Shown here: positions 27,702-37,557 of the stretch, piece after piece
Layout of the letters: each line of letters starts with the position of its first letter
Position numbering within the stretch: the first letter of the stretch is position 1
Position numbers and translations under genes: made by a program
Sequence record: NZ_CP085772.1
Source of the DNA: a plasmid
Direction: 5' to 3' (one strand)
Length of the DNA: 51,836 bases
Notes under the pieces: generated by a model
The model's input: the letters and a program-made list of their open reading frames with translations, nothing else
Told to the model about the DNA's origin: nothing
The model's database searches: none

Positions 27702-28808
27702 TTATTGCGCCTGCCAGACCGGGTAATCGGTATAGCCTTTTTCCGGGGAACCACTGACGCCGTAGTAGGTGGCGCGGTCACTTTCTGCCAGTGGCCAGCC
27801 GTTTTGCATTCTTTCAACCAGATCCGGGTTAGCGATGTAGGGCACACCAAATGCCACCAGATCCAGCTCATCATCTTCCAGAGCCTGCTCTGCGATATCA
27901 CGGGTAAAACCGCCGGCAGCGATGATGGTGCCTTTAAACGTGTTGCGAAAACGGCGGCGGAAGCCTTCCGGAAGTGGCGCTTTGGTGTACACCGGCTGAT
28001 AGTAAAGGTGTACGTAGGCCAGTTCCCGCTGACCGAGCGCGTCGGTGATGGCTGACCAGGTTTGCTCTTCACCTTCATACGGCGCGAGGTCATAAATGCG
28101 GCCGAACGGTGACAGGCGCACGGCAACGTGGCTGTTACCCACGGCTTCCGCCACGGCGTCAATGGTCTCCAGCAGGAAACGCTGACGATTTTCCACCGAG
28201 CCGCCGTATTCGTCGGTGCGGGTGTTCAGTTCGCTACTGAGGAACTGGTCAAAGATGAATCCGTTTGCCGCCATGATTTCCACGCCGTCAAAGCCGGCTT
28301 CCATCGCCAGGCGTGCGGAGTGCACGAAGTCTGCAGTGATGCGTTTAACTTCATGCGTTTCCAGCGCGCGTGGCTGGCTTGGTACAACCGGGCCCGGTTC
28401 TCCGGATTCGGTCAGCGCAAAAACGGTGGTATTGACCGCCTGAACGGTGCCCGCTGAAACCGGCGCTATGTGGCCTGGCTGAAGAGAGACGTGAGACATA
28501 CGGCCGACGTGCCAGAGCTGCGCGAAAATACGGCCACCTTTGGCGTGAACCGCTTGTGTCACTTTACGCCAGCCCTGGACGTGTTCGTCGTTGTAGATAC
28601 CAGGGGTATAAAGGTAACCCCGGCCTTCTTCTGAAACCGGCATCCCTTCGGTGATGAGCAGGCCAGCAGAAGCACGCTGTGCATAGTACAAAGCCACGAC
28701 CTCATCCGGCACGTCATTCATGGTGCGGGTGCGGGTCATCGGTGCCATGACTACACGGTTTTTTAACGCCAGGCCAGACAGATTGTAGGGGGTGAAAAGC
28801 TTACTCAT
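27702..28808 (-). CDS. NADH:flavin oxidoreductase / Old Yellow Enzyme (alkene/N-ethylmaleimide reductase-like)
   Basis: Start MSKLFTPYNLSGLALKNRVVMAPMTR. OYE signature. The six-frame ORF extends further upstream, but this start fits the protein family. Confidence 0.8.
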   Translation of the reverse strand: MSKLFTPYNLSGLALKNRVVMAPMTRTRTMNDVPDEVVALYYAQRASAGLLITEGMPVSEEGRGYLYTPGIYNDEHVQGWRKVTQAVHAKGGRIFAQLWHVGRMSHVSLQPGHIAPVSAGTVQAVNTTVFALTESGEPGPVVPSQPRALETHEVKRITADFVHSARLAMEAGFDGVEIMAANGFIFDQFLSSELNTRTDEYGGSVENRQRFLLETIDAVAEAVGNSHVAVRLSPFGRIYDLAPYEGEEQTWSAITDALGQRELAYVHLYYQPVYTKAPLPEGFRRRFRNTFKGTIIAAGGFTRDIAEQALEDDELDLVAFGVPYIANPDLVERMQNGWPLAESDRATYYGVSGSPEKGYTDYPVWQAQ

Positions 28809-29021
28809 CGTATACCTCACAAAAAACAAAAAGGAGTATCCCGGCAGGGATTTGCACAGCCCGGCAGTATCATCGACTGGACGTCGCGCACTGGAGTTGC
28901 ATAAACATCTGATGGGTGGCAATATGCCAACCATCTAGTAGGTAGGTCAATGGGTGTGTCGTATTTTTTTGTCATAACGCAGCCATTCCTGAATTGTCAC
29001 TCATTTTGCGAGGTCATCACC

Positions 29022-29351
29022 ATGCGTACATTAACAGCTTATAACGAAGATAATTTCCGCCAGATAGAGCAGTACAAAGGAATATCGGTGGTACGTTTCT
29101 CTGCACCCTGGTGTCCGCCCTGTCAGGCCAGCGAAGAAATGTTCAGTCAGTTTGCAGACCGGCTCGATAGAGATATTCAGGTGGGGAAAGTCAATGTAGA
29201 TCAGGCGCCGGTGCTGACAACCAAATACGAGATCTGGGGGCTGCCGTCTGTGCTGATATTTCATGAAGGGCAATTAGTTAAACGCATACCGGGTGTGAAA
29301 CCTGCATCGGTATATGCTCAGGCTATTGCGGACATAAAAAAAGGGCAGTAA
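29022..29351 (+). CDS. Thioredoxin
   Basis: WCPPCQ active site. Confidence 0.8.
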   Translation: MRTLTAYNEDNFRQIEQYKGISVVRFSAPWCPPCQASEEMFSQFADRLDRDIQVGKVNVDQAPVLTTKYEIWGLPSVLIFHEGQLVKRIPGVKPASVYAQAIADIKKGQ

Positions 29352-29380
29352 TGCCCTTTTAACGTGGAATTTATTAATGC

Positions 29381-29719
29381 TTAACCGCGTGCCTGACCGA
29401 CGGCATCCAGAGTGCGGGCTGAATGAATGACCGCCGCGCCAGCGTTGAGGTTAATCGCCACGCCCAGCGCTTCAGCAATTTCAGCGTCGGTTGCACCGGC
29501 TTTCACAGCGGCGTCGGCGTGAAAAGCAATACAGCCGTCGCAGCGGGTTGTGACTGCGCACGCCAGGGCAATGAGTTCACGCACTTTTGCGCCCAAAAGG
29601 TCAGTTTTGTTACCTGCGTTGCCCAGGGCAACCACGCCTTTCATGGTCTCGGGGGTCAGTTTGCCCAACTCGCCTAAACGTTGCATTAACTCTGAGCGAT
29701 AGTTGTTCCAGTCCAGCAT
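29381..29719 (-). CDS. Carboxymuconolactone decarboxylase/AhpD-family peroxidase-like protein
   Basis: CDGCIAFH motif. Confidence 0.7.
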   Translation of the reverse strand: MLDWNNYRSELMQRLGELGKLTPETMKGVVALGNAGNKTDLLGAKVRELIALACAVTTRCDGCIAFHADAAVKAGATDAEIAEALGVAINLNAGAAVIHSARTLDAVGQARG

Positions 29720-29723
29720 AGTG

Positions 29724-30305
29724 TCATTCTCCTGAATGAGGGGTATTAAGAAGCAGTTTTATATACTTAAGGCTGTTGGCGAAGACTTCGGGTCTGGCCG
29801 TTGCATGCGCCACTACGCTTGAGCCTTCACAGACATTAATGATCATCAAAGCAATATCTGATGGTTCGGCATGGGATGAAAACTCACCTGACTCCATGCC
29901 CGCCCTGACGACTTTTGTGAGCCACTCGATTTGCATATCGAAATAAAGTGATGTCTGTACAGTAATTGCCTGAGGCAGATTGGCGGTCTCTGCTGACAAC
30001 GCACAACACAGTGGCAGTAGCGAAGCTTTATGGCTTTGCGCGAAGATATCGATGTAAGCCGCAATTCTTCTCTCCGCGCTTTTCTCAGTCGCCTCTATCT
30101 GCTCAAATACGCGTTGTGTATCAGAGAACGCCTGTATTACCACCTGCTCACCCAGAATATCTTTGGTCGGGAAATGGTGATGAATACTGGCCTTGGTGAT
30201 ACCCACTATTTTTGATAAATCAGCATAGCTGAATACTGAATACCCTTTTTCGCGCATCAGGTGTTCTGCTTCGCTGAGCAGCCGTTCCCGTGTCATGGTT
30301 GTCAT
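29724..30305 (-). CDS. TetR-family regulator
   Basis: HTH YSVFSYADLSKIVGITKASIHHHF. Confidence 0.75.
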   Translation of the reverse strand: MTTMTRERLLSEAEHLMREKGYSVFSYADLSKIVGITKASIHHHFPTKDILGEQVVIQAFSDTQRVFEQIEATEKSAERRIAAYIDIFAQSHKASLLPLCCALSAETANLPQAITVQTSLYFDMQIEWLTKVVRAGMESGEFSSHAEPSDIALMIINVCEGSSVVAHATARPEVFANSLKYIKLLLNTPHSGE

Positions 30306-30446
30306 AATTACTCCATATAATCTACTAGTTGATAGATTATATTGTTGCTATTTTTCCGTAGCAAGTTGTATCACTGACTCAGTATCGTGCAGAGCTGAAC
30401 GTCACTGCCATCCTGCATTCTGAATGGCAGCATTACATCTCTGACA

Positions 30447-30810
30447 TCACGCCAGGCGTGTAATCATTTCAACCGGATTAGCCAGAGTATCGTGGATTGG
30501 CGAATTCTTTTGCATTTCGCTGACCAGCGCTTCTAACTCCTCGCGACTGGCGGTCTTGCTCGTAAGGTGAACATCGACGCGAATAGATTTCGCACCTTTA
30601 CGCACGTTGCTGTCCAGCCCAAGGAAGCCGTTGAGGTTGATATCGAAATTAAGATCCAGCTCGATACCGTCCAGGTCGATCCCTTTTTCAGCAGCCATCA
30701 TGGTAAGGGTGGCGGTATAACAGCCAGCCAGCGCCTGCATGATGTATTCAGTCGGGCTCATGCCGGTATCGGTGCCGAGTAAACCTGCGGGTTCATCACC
30801 GATATTAGAA
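30447..30810 (-). pseudogene. OsmC/Ohr-family protein gene; N-terminus may be clipped by IS26 copy B
   Basis: OsmC-like sequence. The ORF runs to the IS26 boundary. Confidence 0.5.
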
Positions 30811-31630
30811 GGCACTGTTGCAAATAGTCGGTGGTGATAAACTTATCATCCCCTTTTGCTGATGGAGCTGCACATGAACCCATTCAAAGGCCGGCATTTT
30901 CAGCGTGACATCATTCTGTGGGCCGTACGCTGGTACTGCAAATACGGCATCAGTTACCGTGAGCTGCAGGAGATGCTGGCTGAACGCGGAGTGAATGTCG
31001 ATCACTCCACGATTTACCGCTGGGTTCAGCGTTATGCGCCTGAAATGGAAAAACGGCTGCGCTGGTACTGGCGTAACCCTTCCGATCTTTGCCCGTGGCA
31101 CATGGATGAAACCTACGTGAAGGTCAATGGCCGCTGGGCGTATCTGTACCGGGCCGTCGACAGCCGGGGCCGCACTGTCGATTTTTATCTCTCCTCCCGT
31201 CGTAACAGCAAAGCTGCATACCGGTTTCTGGGTAAAATCCTCAACAACGTGAAGAAGTGGCAGATCCCGCGATTCATCAACACGGATAAAGCGCCCGCCT
31301 ATGGTCGCGCGCTTGCTCTGCTCAAACGCGAAGGCCGGTGCCCGTCTGACGTTGAACACCGACAGATTAAGTACCGGAACAACGTGATTGAATGCGATCA
31401 TGGCAAACTGAAACGGATAATCGGCGCCACGCTGGGATTTAAATCCATGAAGACGGCTTACGCCACCATCAAAGGTATTGAGGTGATGCGTGCACTACGC
31501 AAAGGCCAGGCCTCAGCATTTTATTATGGTGATCCCCTGGGCGAAATGCGCCTGGTAAGCAGAGTTTTTGAAATGTAAGGCCTTTGAATAAGACAAAAGG
31601 CTGCCTCATCGCTAACTTTGCAACAGTGCC
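30811..31630 (+). mobile_element. IS26 copy B (inverted relative to A)
   Basis: IRs GGCACTGTTGCAAA. Confidence 0.95.
30874..31578 (+). CDS. tnpA: IS26 transposase
   Basis: Identical to the copy-A protein. Confidence 0.95.
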   Translation: MNPFKGRHFQRDIILWAVRWYCKYGISYRELQEMLAERGVNVDHSTIYRWVQRYAPEMEKRLRWYWRNPSDLCPWHMDETYVKVNGRWAYLYRAVDSRGRTVDFYLSSRRNSKAAYRFLGKILNNVKKWQIPRFINTDKAPAYGRALALLKREGRCPSDVEHRQIKYRNNVIECDHGKLKRIIGATLGFKSMKTAYATIKGIEVMRALRKGQASAFYYGDPLGEMRLVSRVFEM

Positions 31631-32166
31631 ATTTTTCCAACACCAACTTCTCATCCAATATTTCGGACCTGCTTTGCGCGGTAGATTATCTCCGCCGACA
31701 GTACGAAGCGCCTTCTTTGCTCATCGGCCATAGCCTGGGGGGATCGGCCATTCTGTCTATTGCCGGCGAAGTTCCTGAGGCAAAGGCCGTTGTCACCATA
31801 GGATCACCCGGAGAACTGACACACGTAAAACGTCTTTTTAAGGATGATGTTGAAAACATTAACCAGCATGGAGCCTATCCCGTTGAGCTGGCCGGGCGGG
31901 TATTTACCTTAAAGAAACAGATGCTGGACAATATTCAGGAACACAAAATCGCTCATAAGGTGTTCGCCATGAACAAGCCTCTGCTTATTTTTCATGCGAC
32001 TGAGGATGATACTGTGTTAATTGAGCAGGCCGAAAAAATATTCAAAGCAGCAAAGCATCCCAAGAGTTTCATTTCGTTGGGTAAGGCGGATCACCTTCTG
32101 ACTCATGCTCAGGATGCTGAATACGTTGCCGATATCATTATATCGTGGAGCGAATGTTACCTATAA
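31631..32166 (+). pseudogene. alpha/beta-hydrolase gene, C-terminal fragment (GHSLGG nucleophile elbow)
   Basis: Frame is open from the IS26 boundary. Flank atttttcc is the reverse complement of the flank at 17741. Confidence 0.75.
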
Positions 32167-32540
32167 ACAGAGTAAATGCGTTCAAACTCGTAGCGCAGAG
32201 GGCGATTTTCTGCAGAGATCGGACGCTGTTTATGCTGGACTGATTTTGCGATAAAGGCTTAGGCCGATGCATACAGGCGGGGCTGAATAAGGGTGAGGCC
32301 CTTGGGCGAGCATCCTTCATGCACCGGCTGAATGAAATCAGGGATCTGGGGGTGGGAGGATCAGCGTTACCACGCCACCGGCGCTGACACTACATACGGC
32401 GGCGATAACACTCTGGAATACGGTTTATATAGAAAGAACCATTGAGCCGCTTAAGCAAAAAGGAGTCCCTGTTAATGAACTGCTGGTCTCTCATCCTTCT
32501 CCACTGCTGTACAAAATATAGTCTTAGCGTGGGATAATTA

Positions 32541-33867
32541 ATGAGATGGTCACTCCCTCCTTCCCGGTACTATGCTGAGGACAGGCTTTCATTCGGAGAA
32601 CTATCATGGAAAACATTGCGCTCATTGGTATCGATCTGGGTAAAAACTCTTTCCATATTCATTGCCAGGATCGTCGCGGGAAGGCTGTTTACCGTAAAAA
32701 ATTTACCCGGCCAAAGTTGATCGAATTTTTGGCGACATGCCCCGCTACAACCATCGCAATGGAAGCCTGTGGCGGTTCTCACTTTATGGCACGCAAGTTG
32801 GAAGGGTTGGGGCATTCCCCAAAGCTGATATCACCACAATTTGTCCGCCCGTTCGTTAAAAGCAATAAAAACGACTTTGTCGACGCCGAAGCTATTTGTG
32901 AAGCTGCATCGCGTCCGTCTATGCGTTTTGTGCAGCCCAGAACGGAATCTCAGCAGGCAATGCGGGCTCTGCATCGTGTCCGTGAATCCCTGGTTCAGGA
33001 TAAGGTAAAAACAACCAATCAAATGCATGCTTTTCTGCTGGAATTTGGTATCAGCGTTCCGCGAGGTGCTGCCGTTATTAGTCGACTGAGTACCCTTCTT
33101 GAGGACAGTAGTTTGCCTCTTTATCTCAGCCAGTTACTGCTGAAATTACAACAGCATTATCACTATCTTGTTGAGCAGATTAAAGATCTGGAATCTCAGT
33201 TGAAACGAAAGTTGGACGAAGATGAGGTTGGACAGCGCTTGCTGAGTATTCCCTGCGTTGGAACGCTGACTGCCAGTACTATTTCAACTGAGATTGGCGA
33301 CGGGAAGCAGTACGCCAGCAGCCGTGACTTTGCGGCGGCAACAGGGCTGGTACCCCGACAGTACAGCACGGGAGGTCGGACGACATTGTTAGGGATTAGC
33401 AAGCGGGGCAACAAAAAGATCCGAACTTTGTTGGTTCAGTGTGCCAGGGTATTCATACAAAAACTGGAACACCAGTCTGGCAAGTTGGCCGACTGGGTCA
33501 GGGAGTTGTTGTGTCGGAAAAGCAACTTTGTCGTCACCTGTGCTCTGGCAAACAAGCTGGCCAGAATAGCCTGGGCACTGACGGCGCGACAGCAAACTTA
33601 CGAAGCATAAAGGCAGAAATACACCAGTTTAAACAATCATTCATCTGGTTTTGCGAATACTGATATTGATGATACTAACGGCCCACCGGCCTGTTGAGGA
33701 ACCTGTAAAACGGAAAGGCTCATTGAAGCCGTATATTTTCTGGAGGTTCATCAGGCGCGGAACTCATCGAGGCGCGGGAATAAAATCCCATTCAGACGCC
33801 GGATAGATTCAAGCAAGCCAACTTGTCGTCAAAATCGGTGTTGCAAAAACGGGAGTGACCATAGATT
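32541..33867 (+). mobile_element. IS5075/IS4321-like element (IS110 family, IS1111 group) inserted in a Tn21-type terminal IR
   Basis: Subterminal IRs atggtcactccc/gggagtgaccat. Flanked by the IR halves cttagcgtggg... and cgttttctgagacgacccc. Confidence 0.8.
32606..33610 (+). CDS. IS110-family transposase
   Basis: 334 aa, MENIALIGIDLGKNSFHIH. Confidence 0.9.
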   Translation: MENIALIGIDLGKNSFHIHCQDRRGKAVYRKKFTRPKLIEFLATCPATTIAMEACGGSHFMARKLEGLGHSPKLISPQFVRPFVKSNKNDFVDAEAICEAASRPSMRFVQPRTESQQAMRALHRVRESLVQDKVKTTNQMHAFLLEFGISVPRGAAVISRLSTLLEDSSLPLYLSQLLLKLQQHYHYLVEQIKDLESQLKRKLDEDEVGQRLLSIPCVGTLTASTISTEIGDGKQYASSRDFAAATGLVPRQYSTGGRTTLLGISKRGNKKIRTLLVQCARVFIQKLEHQSGKLADWVRELLCRKSNFVVTCALANKLARIAWALTARQQTYEA

Positions 33868-33914
33868 CGTTTTCTGAGACGACCCCTAGCGGTGCGTACA
33901 ATGAAGCCTTTATG

Positions 33915-34136
33915 TTAAATAGGGGCTTTTGTTGTCCGGAAAAGGCTGAGCAAAAATACGATAAACAGTGTCATACCGGTAACCAGCATGACATAGCCGG
34001 CTGTTGGGTTATAAGTCAGACAGAAGGCTGTGCAGGCACTGGGGGCGTGTATGCGAAAAAGCCCGGCAAAACACAGACTGGCCGAGAGTCCGTAAAATAA
34101 CGATCCTGCGATAACGGTCAGCATAATTCTAAACAT
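33915..34136 (-). CDS. Small hypothetical membrane protein
   Basis: Two predicted TM helices. Confidence 0.3.
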   Translation of the reverse strand: MFRIMLTVIAGSLFYGLSASLCFAGLFRIHAPSACTAFCLTYNPTAGYVMLVTGMTLFIVFLLSLFRTTKAPI

Positions 34137-34330
34137 TGTCCCTTTGTCCCTTTGACCCTAATCATCCTCATCTTTTTTCTAATATGCCCCTTAAAATCAG
34201 GATGTTGATTGTTTTGTATGCAAGAAATGGACTAAAGAAATTTGTTTGTGATCCCATTCTCGTTTCTGCATATGAACAAAAAAGCCCCGCACATGGGCGG
34301 GGCTGAATGCTGCGAGTCTGCGACGGTGAC

Positions 34331-34825
34331 TTATCCCGGAAGCGTCCAGTCAGGTCGTTCAAAATGGCAGGTATAGCCGTTGGGATTATGCTGCAGGTAA
34401 TCCTGATGCTCTGGCTCTGCAGACCAGAACTCACCGGCCTGCTCTACTTCTGTCACCACGACTCCGGGCCAGACTCCTGAATCATCTATTTCACGGATAA
34501 GCTGGTTTGCCTGCTGCTTTTGCTCCTCTGTGGTGAAAAAGATGGCTGAGCGGTAGCTTGAGCCGACGTCATTACCCTGACGAAGTATTGTTGTAGGGTT
34601 GTGAATACTAAAGAAATATTCCAGTAGTTTTCGGTAGCTCAGTTTATCCGGGGAATACACCACCTTCACCGCCTCCGCATGTCCTGGGTGGTGCTGGTAT
34701 GTCGGGTTATCATTACGTCCGCCGGTATAGCCCACTTCGGTGCTGACCACGCCATTGAGTTTGCGGATCAGCTCCTGGACACCCCAGAAACAACCACCGG
34801 CAAGGATTGCCACATCAGTTTTCAT
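34331..34825 (-). CDS. msrA: Peptide methionine sulfoxide reductase MsrA
   Basis: GCFWG active-site motif. Start [11 protein letters not shown]. Confidence 0.85.
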   Translation of the reverse strand: MKTDVAILAGGCFWGVQELIRKLNGVVSTEVGYTGGRNDNPTYQHHPGHAEAVKVVYSPDKLSYRKLLEYFFSIHNPTTILRQGNDVGSSYRSAIFFTTEEQKQQANQLIREIDDSGVWPGVVVTEVEQAGEFWSAEPEHQDYLQHNPNGYTCHFERPDWTLPG

Positions 34826-35276
34826 GCTTATCTCCTTTCTCAAACAGGGGAAGAAATTCACCGTATCCTTCTGTTTCCAGAGCGCCTTTCGGGATAAAAC
34901 GCAGTGAAGCCGAGTTAATGCAGTAACGTAATCCACCGGTATCCTGTGGCCCGTCAGGGAAGACGTGTCCCAGATGGCTGTCACCGTGATGGGAACGCAC
35001 TTCAGTACGCACCATGCCGTGACTGAGGTCGCTCAGGTTGCGGACGTTGTTTTCCACTGGTTTGCTGAATGCCGGCCAGCCACAGCCCGAATCAAATTTG
35101 TCCTTCGACGAGAACAGTGGCTCACCGGAGACGATATCCACGTACAGTCCGTCCTCAAAGTGGTCGTCATATTCTCCGGTAAACGGGCGCTCAGTGGCGC
35201 TTTTCTGGGTGACGCTGAACTGCAGTTCCGTCAGTGCCTGAATGGTCTGTGGGTCTTTTTTATACGGTTTGTTCAT
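34815..35276 (-). CDS. msrB: Peptide methionine sulfoxide reductase MsrB
   Basis: SelR/MsrB motifs ([14 protein letters not shown]). Confidence 0.85.
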   Translation of the reverse strand: MNKPYKKDPQTIQALTELQFSVTQKSATERPFTGEYDDHFEDGLYVDIVSGEPLFSSKDKFDSGCGWPAFSKPVENNVRNLSDLSHGMVRTEVRSHHGDSHLGHVFPDGPQDTGGLRYCINSASLRFIPKGALETEGYGEFLPLFEKGDKHEN

Positions 35277-35510
35277 ATCGCTCTCCTGACAAATCTCACT
35301 CACCGGGACGGGTCCTGCTCATGAATAAGATCCAGATAGTGTTTTTCAAAGTCCGGGTTGGCGGGGAGCGACTTATTTTCCAGGTAGCGCTCTAAAAAGT
35401 AGCGGGGAGTGATCCCCGCCCGAAAGGCGGCTTCCATGCCTCTCACCATGAACCCGGGAGTGGTGTCATATTTGCTGGCCAGAAATATCAGGCTGCTGCG
35501 TAATTCAGGG

Positions 35511-36017
35511 TCACCCCATGGCTGACAATGCGTCAGACGAGCGGGGTTTGTGCACGGCGCTGAGTTGCTTCGCCCTCCGGTTAATCAGTGTCCGTCGCAG
35601 GTCATGACGCAACAGCACCAGTCCAGCCCCAATCAGAAGAACATCCTTGATAATGAAGCTGTCAATGCGACCCAGCTGCGGCAGAAGGCTCAGGGTGACG
35701 ATGCCGGTGCCTGCCACCATCAGGGCGCCTGCTGCACCCACTGCCGGCCGGAAAAATCCGGCAATCAGGGCCAGAAGGGTGATATTTTCCACCACGCCGA
35801 GTGCGTAGCTGAGCCCCTGAACGCCGAGAGCCGGATACAGCGCACCGAGCCAGGTGCCTGGCAGCAGGTGGTGAAGGGCATTGGCCTCGAAGGCAAACCA
35901 TTTGTAGGTGCCAAACAGGGCGAAGATGAAAATCACTGACAGCCGCAGAACCATAATGTCCAGGCCTGACGTTTTACGAAGTAACCGGCGCAGTTGTGTC
36001 TCGACGTTATTTTTCAT
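35511..36017 (-). CDS. DoxX/DUF417-like membrane protein
   Basis: Four TM helices. Confidence 0.5.
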   Translation of the reverse strand: MKNNVETQLRRLLRKTSGLDIMVLRLSVIFIFALFGTYKWFAFEANALHHLLPGTWLGALYPALGVQGLSYALGVVENITLLALIAGFFRPAVGAAGALMVAGTGIVTLSLLPQLGRIDSFIIKDVLLIGAGLVLLRHDLRRTLINRRAKQLSAVHKPRSSDALSAMG

Positions 36018-36047
36018 GGTGTGTGTCCTTTTATTTTCGTTTTGTGT

Positions 36048-36308
36048 TTATGCAAACAGCGTGGCGCGGGCATGAACGAAACGGGCCTGCTCAAGCTCAG
36101 AAATCAGATAAGCGGCAGCGCCATGTTCAAGGGCTTCGCGGATAACCTCCCGCTCCAGCTCATCCACGGAAGACACCCAGCCAACAGAGAGTGTACGGAC
36201 CGGTACCAGAGCTGCTTTTTCTTCCTCAGTAAGATCGGATTTGATGATGACCGGTCCATGGGCTTTACGGGTGAAGACAGCGATAACGTCGTTGATAAGT
36301 GCTTTCAT
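36048..36308 (-). CDS. Hypothetical 86-aa protein
   Basis: ORF only. Confidence 0.35.
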   Translation of the reverse strand: MKALINDVIAVFTRKAHGPVIIKSDLTEEEKAALVPVRTLSVGWVSSVDELEREVIREALEHGAAAYLISELEQARFVHARATLFA

Positions 36309-36520
36309 GATGATGCCCCCTGCATGTCTGTTTTATTGTGTTGTCGTGTTGTTAATATTTATTCTACCTACCAGTAGATAGATTGGCAAGGGGTAACTGG
36401 AAATTAAACGCAAGGAAAGTCTTAATGTCTTCTGAGGCCCCCGGAATACAGGCGTTGTCAGCGGTGATTTTTTTGAGTGCTGGCTGCCCCGGTTAAACCG
36501 GGGCAGCCACAGGCGTGGCT

Positions 36521-37078
36521 TTACGGGCGGGAGAGTAGCTGAATAAGCGCGCTCATGGTGCGGGAACAGGCATCATGAGGAGGGATCCGATTGAGCATCA
36601 GGGCCCCTTTAATGGCGCTGCCGATGATAATGGCCACGTCAGCCGGCTCAGCAGTAAAAGCCAGTTCACCGCTTTCACGACCCGAAACCAGCACACTGGT
36701 CAGGATGCGCAGGTCGGTTTGTGCCAGTCGTGAGGTGGCTTTCTGAAGAGGTTCTTCAAACAGGGCGCTGTCGGACAGCATGGCGTGAATGCCACACATC
36801 TGGCCGCTGTCGGCGCATTTGAGAAATGCGTCCATATAACCCTGCAGACGGGCTTTACCCGGTGGCAGCTGTAACAGGGCAGCTTCCAGTTTCAGCAGGC
36901 TGGCCTCCTTGTATTCACAATAGGCAAGCCCGAGGTCGGTTTTGGTCTGAAAATGGTAATGGATACTGGCCTTCCGTATTCCCAGACCGTCAGCGAGATC
37001 AGCATAGCTGAAGCCCTGGTAGCCGTTCTGCTGGATAAGGGTATCAGTCAGTTCAATCAGACTGTCATGGGTGGACAT
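36521..37078 (-). CDS. TetR-family regulator
   Basis: HTH GYQGFSYADLADGLGIRKASIHYHF. Confidence 0.75.
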   Translation of the reverse strand: MSTHDSLIELTDTLIQQNGYQGFSYADLADGLGIRKASIHYHFQTKTDLGLAYCEYKEASLLKLEAALLQLPPGKARLQGYMDAFLKCADSGQMCGIHAMLSDSALFEEPLQKATSRLAQTDLRILTSVLVSGRESGELAFTAEPADVAIIIGSAIKGALMLNRIPPHDACSRTMSALIQLLSRP

Positions 37079-37174
37079 AATGTTCTCCTGGCACCTGCGG
37101 GTGCCTGTTATTCAGACACAACTGCGCCCGGAAACCAGAAGGGTTCCGGGCGCAGTTGCGAGGGTAACGGGTAT

Positions 37175-37441
37175 TCAACGATACAGGACAGCGGTACCGG
37201 AAAGTTTATTCATACCGGTGGCACTGGTGATGCGGTAGTGTGTGGCCCCGGCATCAGCGGCTTTCATATCCAGTGAGGCCACCAGGTCATCCAGGGTGGT
37301 GAAGCCACCGGAAGAGACCACCCCAATTTTTTGCAGCGATGCTGCTTCGCTGCGGGAAACCATTTGCGGGCTGGCGGCATAGCTCAGTGCGCTGGCGGAC
37401 AGGGCGATGATGGCAAGGGTGGTTTTGATGATGTTTTTCAT
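37175..37441 (-). CDS. DUF1471 (YdgH/BhsA/McbA-family) periplasmic protein
   Basis: Start MKNIIKTTLAIIALSASA. GATHYRIT motif. Confidence 0.6.
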   Translation of the reverse strand: MKNIIKTTLAIIALSASALSYAASPQMVSRSEAASLQKIGVVSSGGFTTLDDLVASLDMKAADAGATHYRITSATGMNKLSGTAVLYR

Positions 37442-37557
37442 GATGACGCTCCTGATGTTCTGTTGTGTGTTTTTGTTTGTGTGTCGTGTTGTTAAAATCA
37501 AATATACCAACCAGTAGATAGGTTGGCAAGTGTTAATTGGGGTCCGCTTGGAAAACG

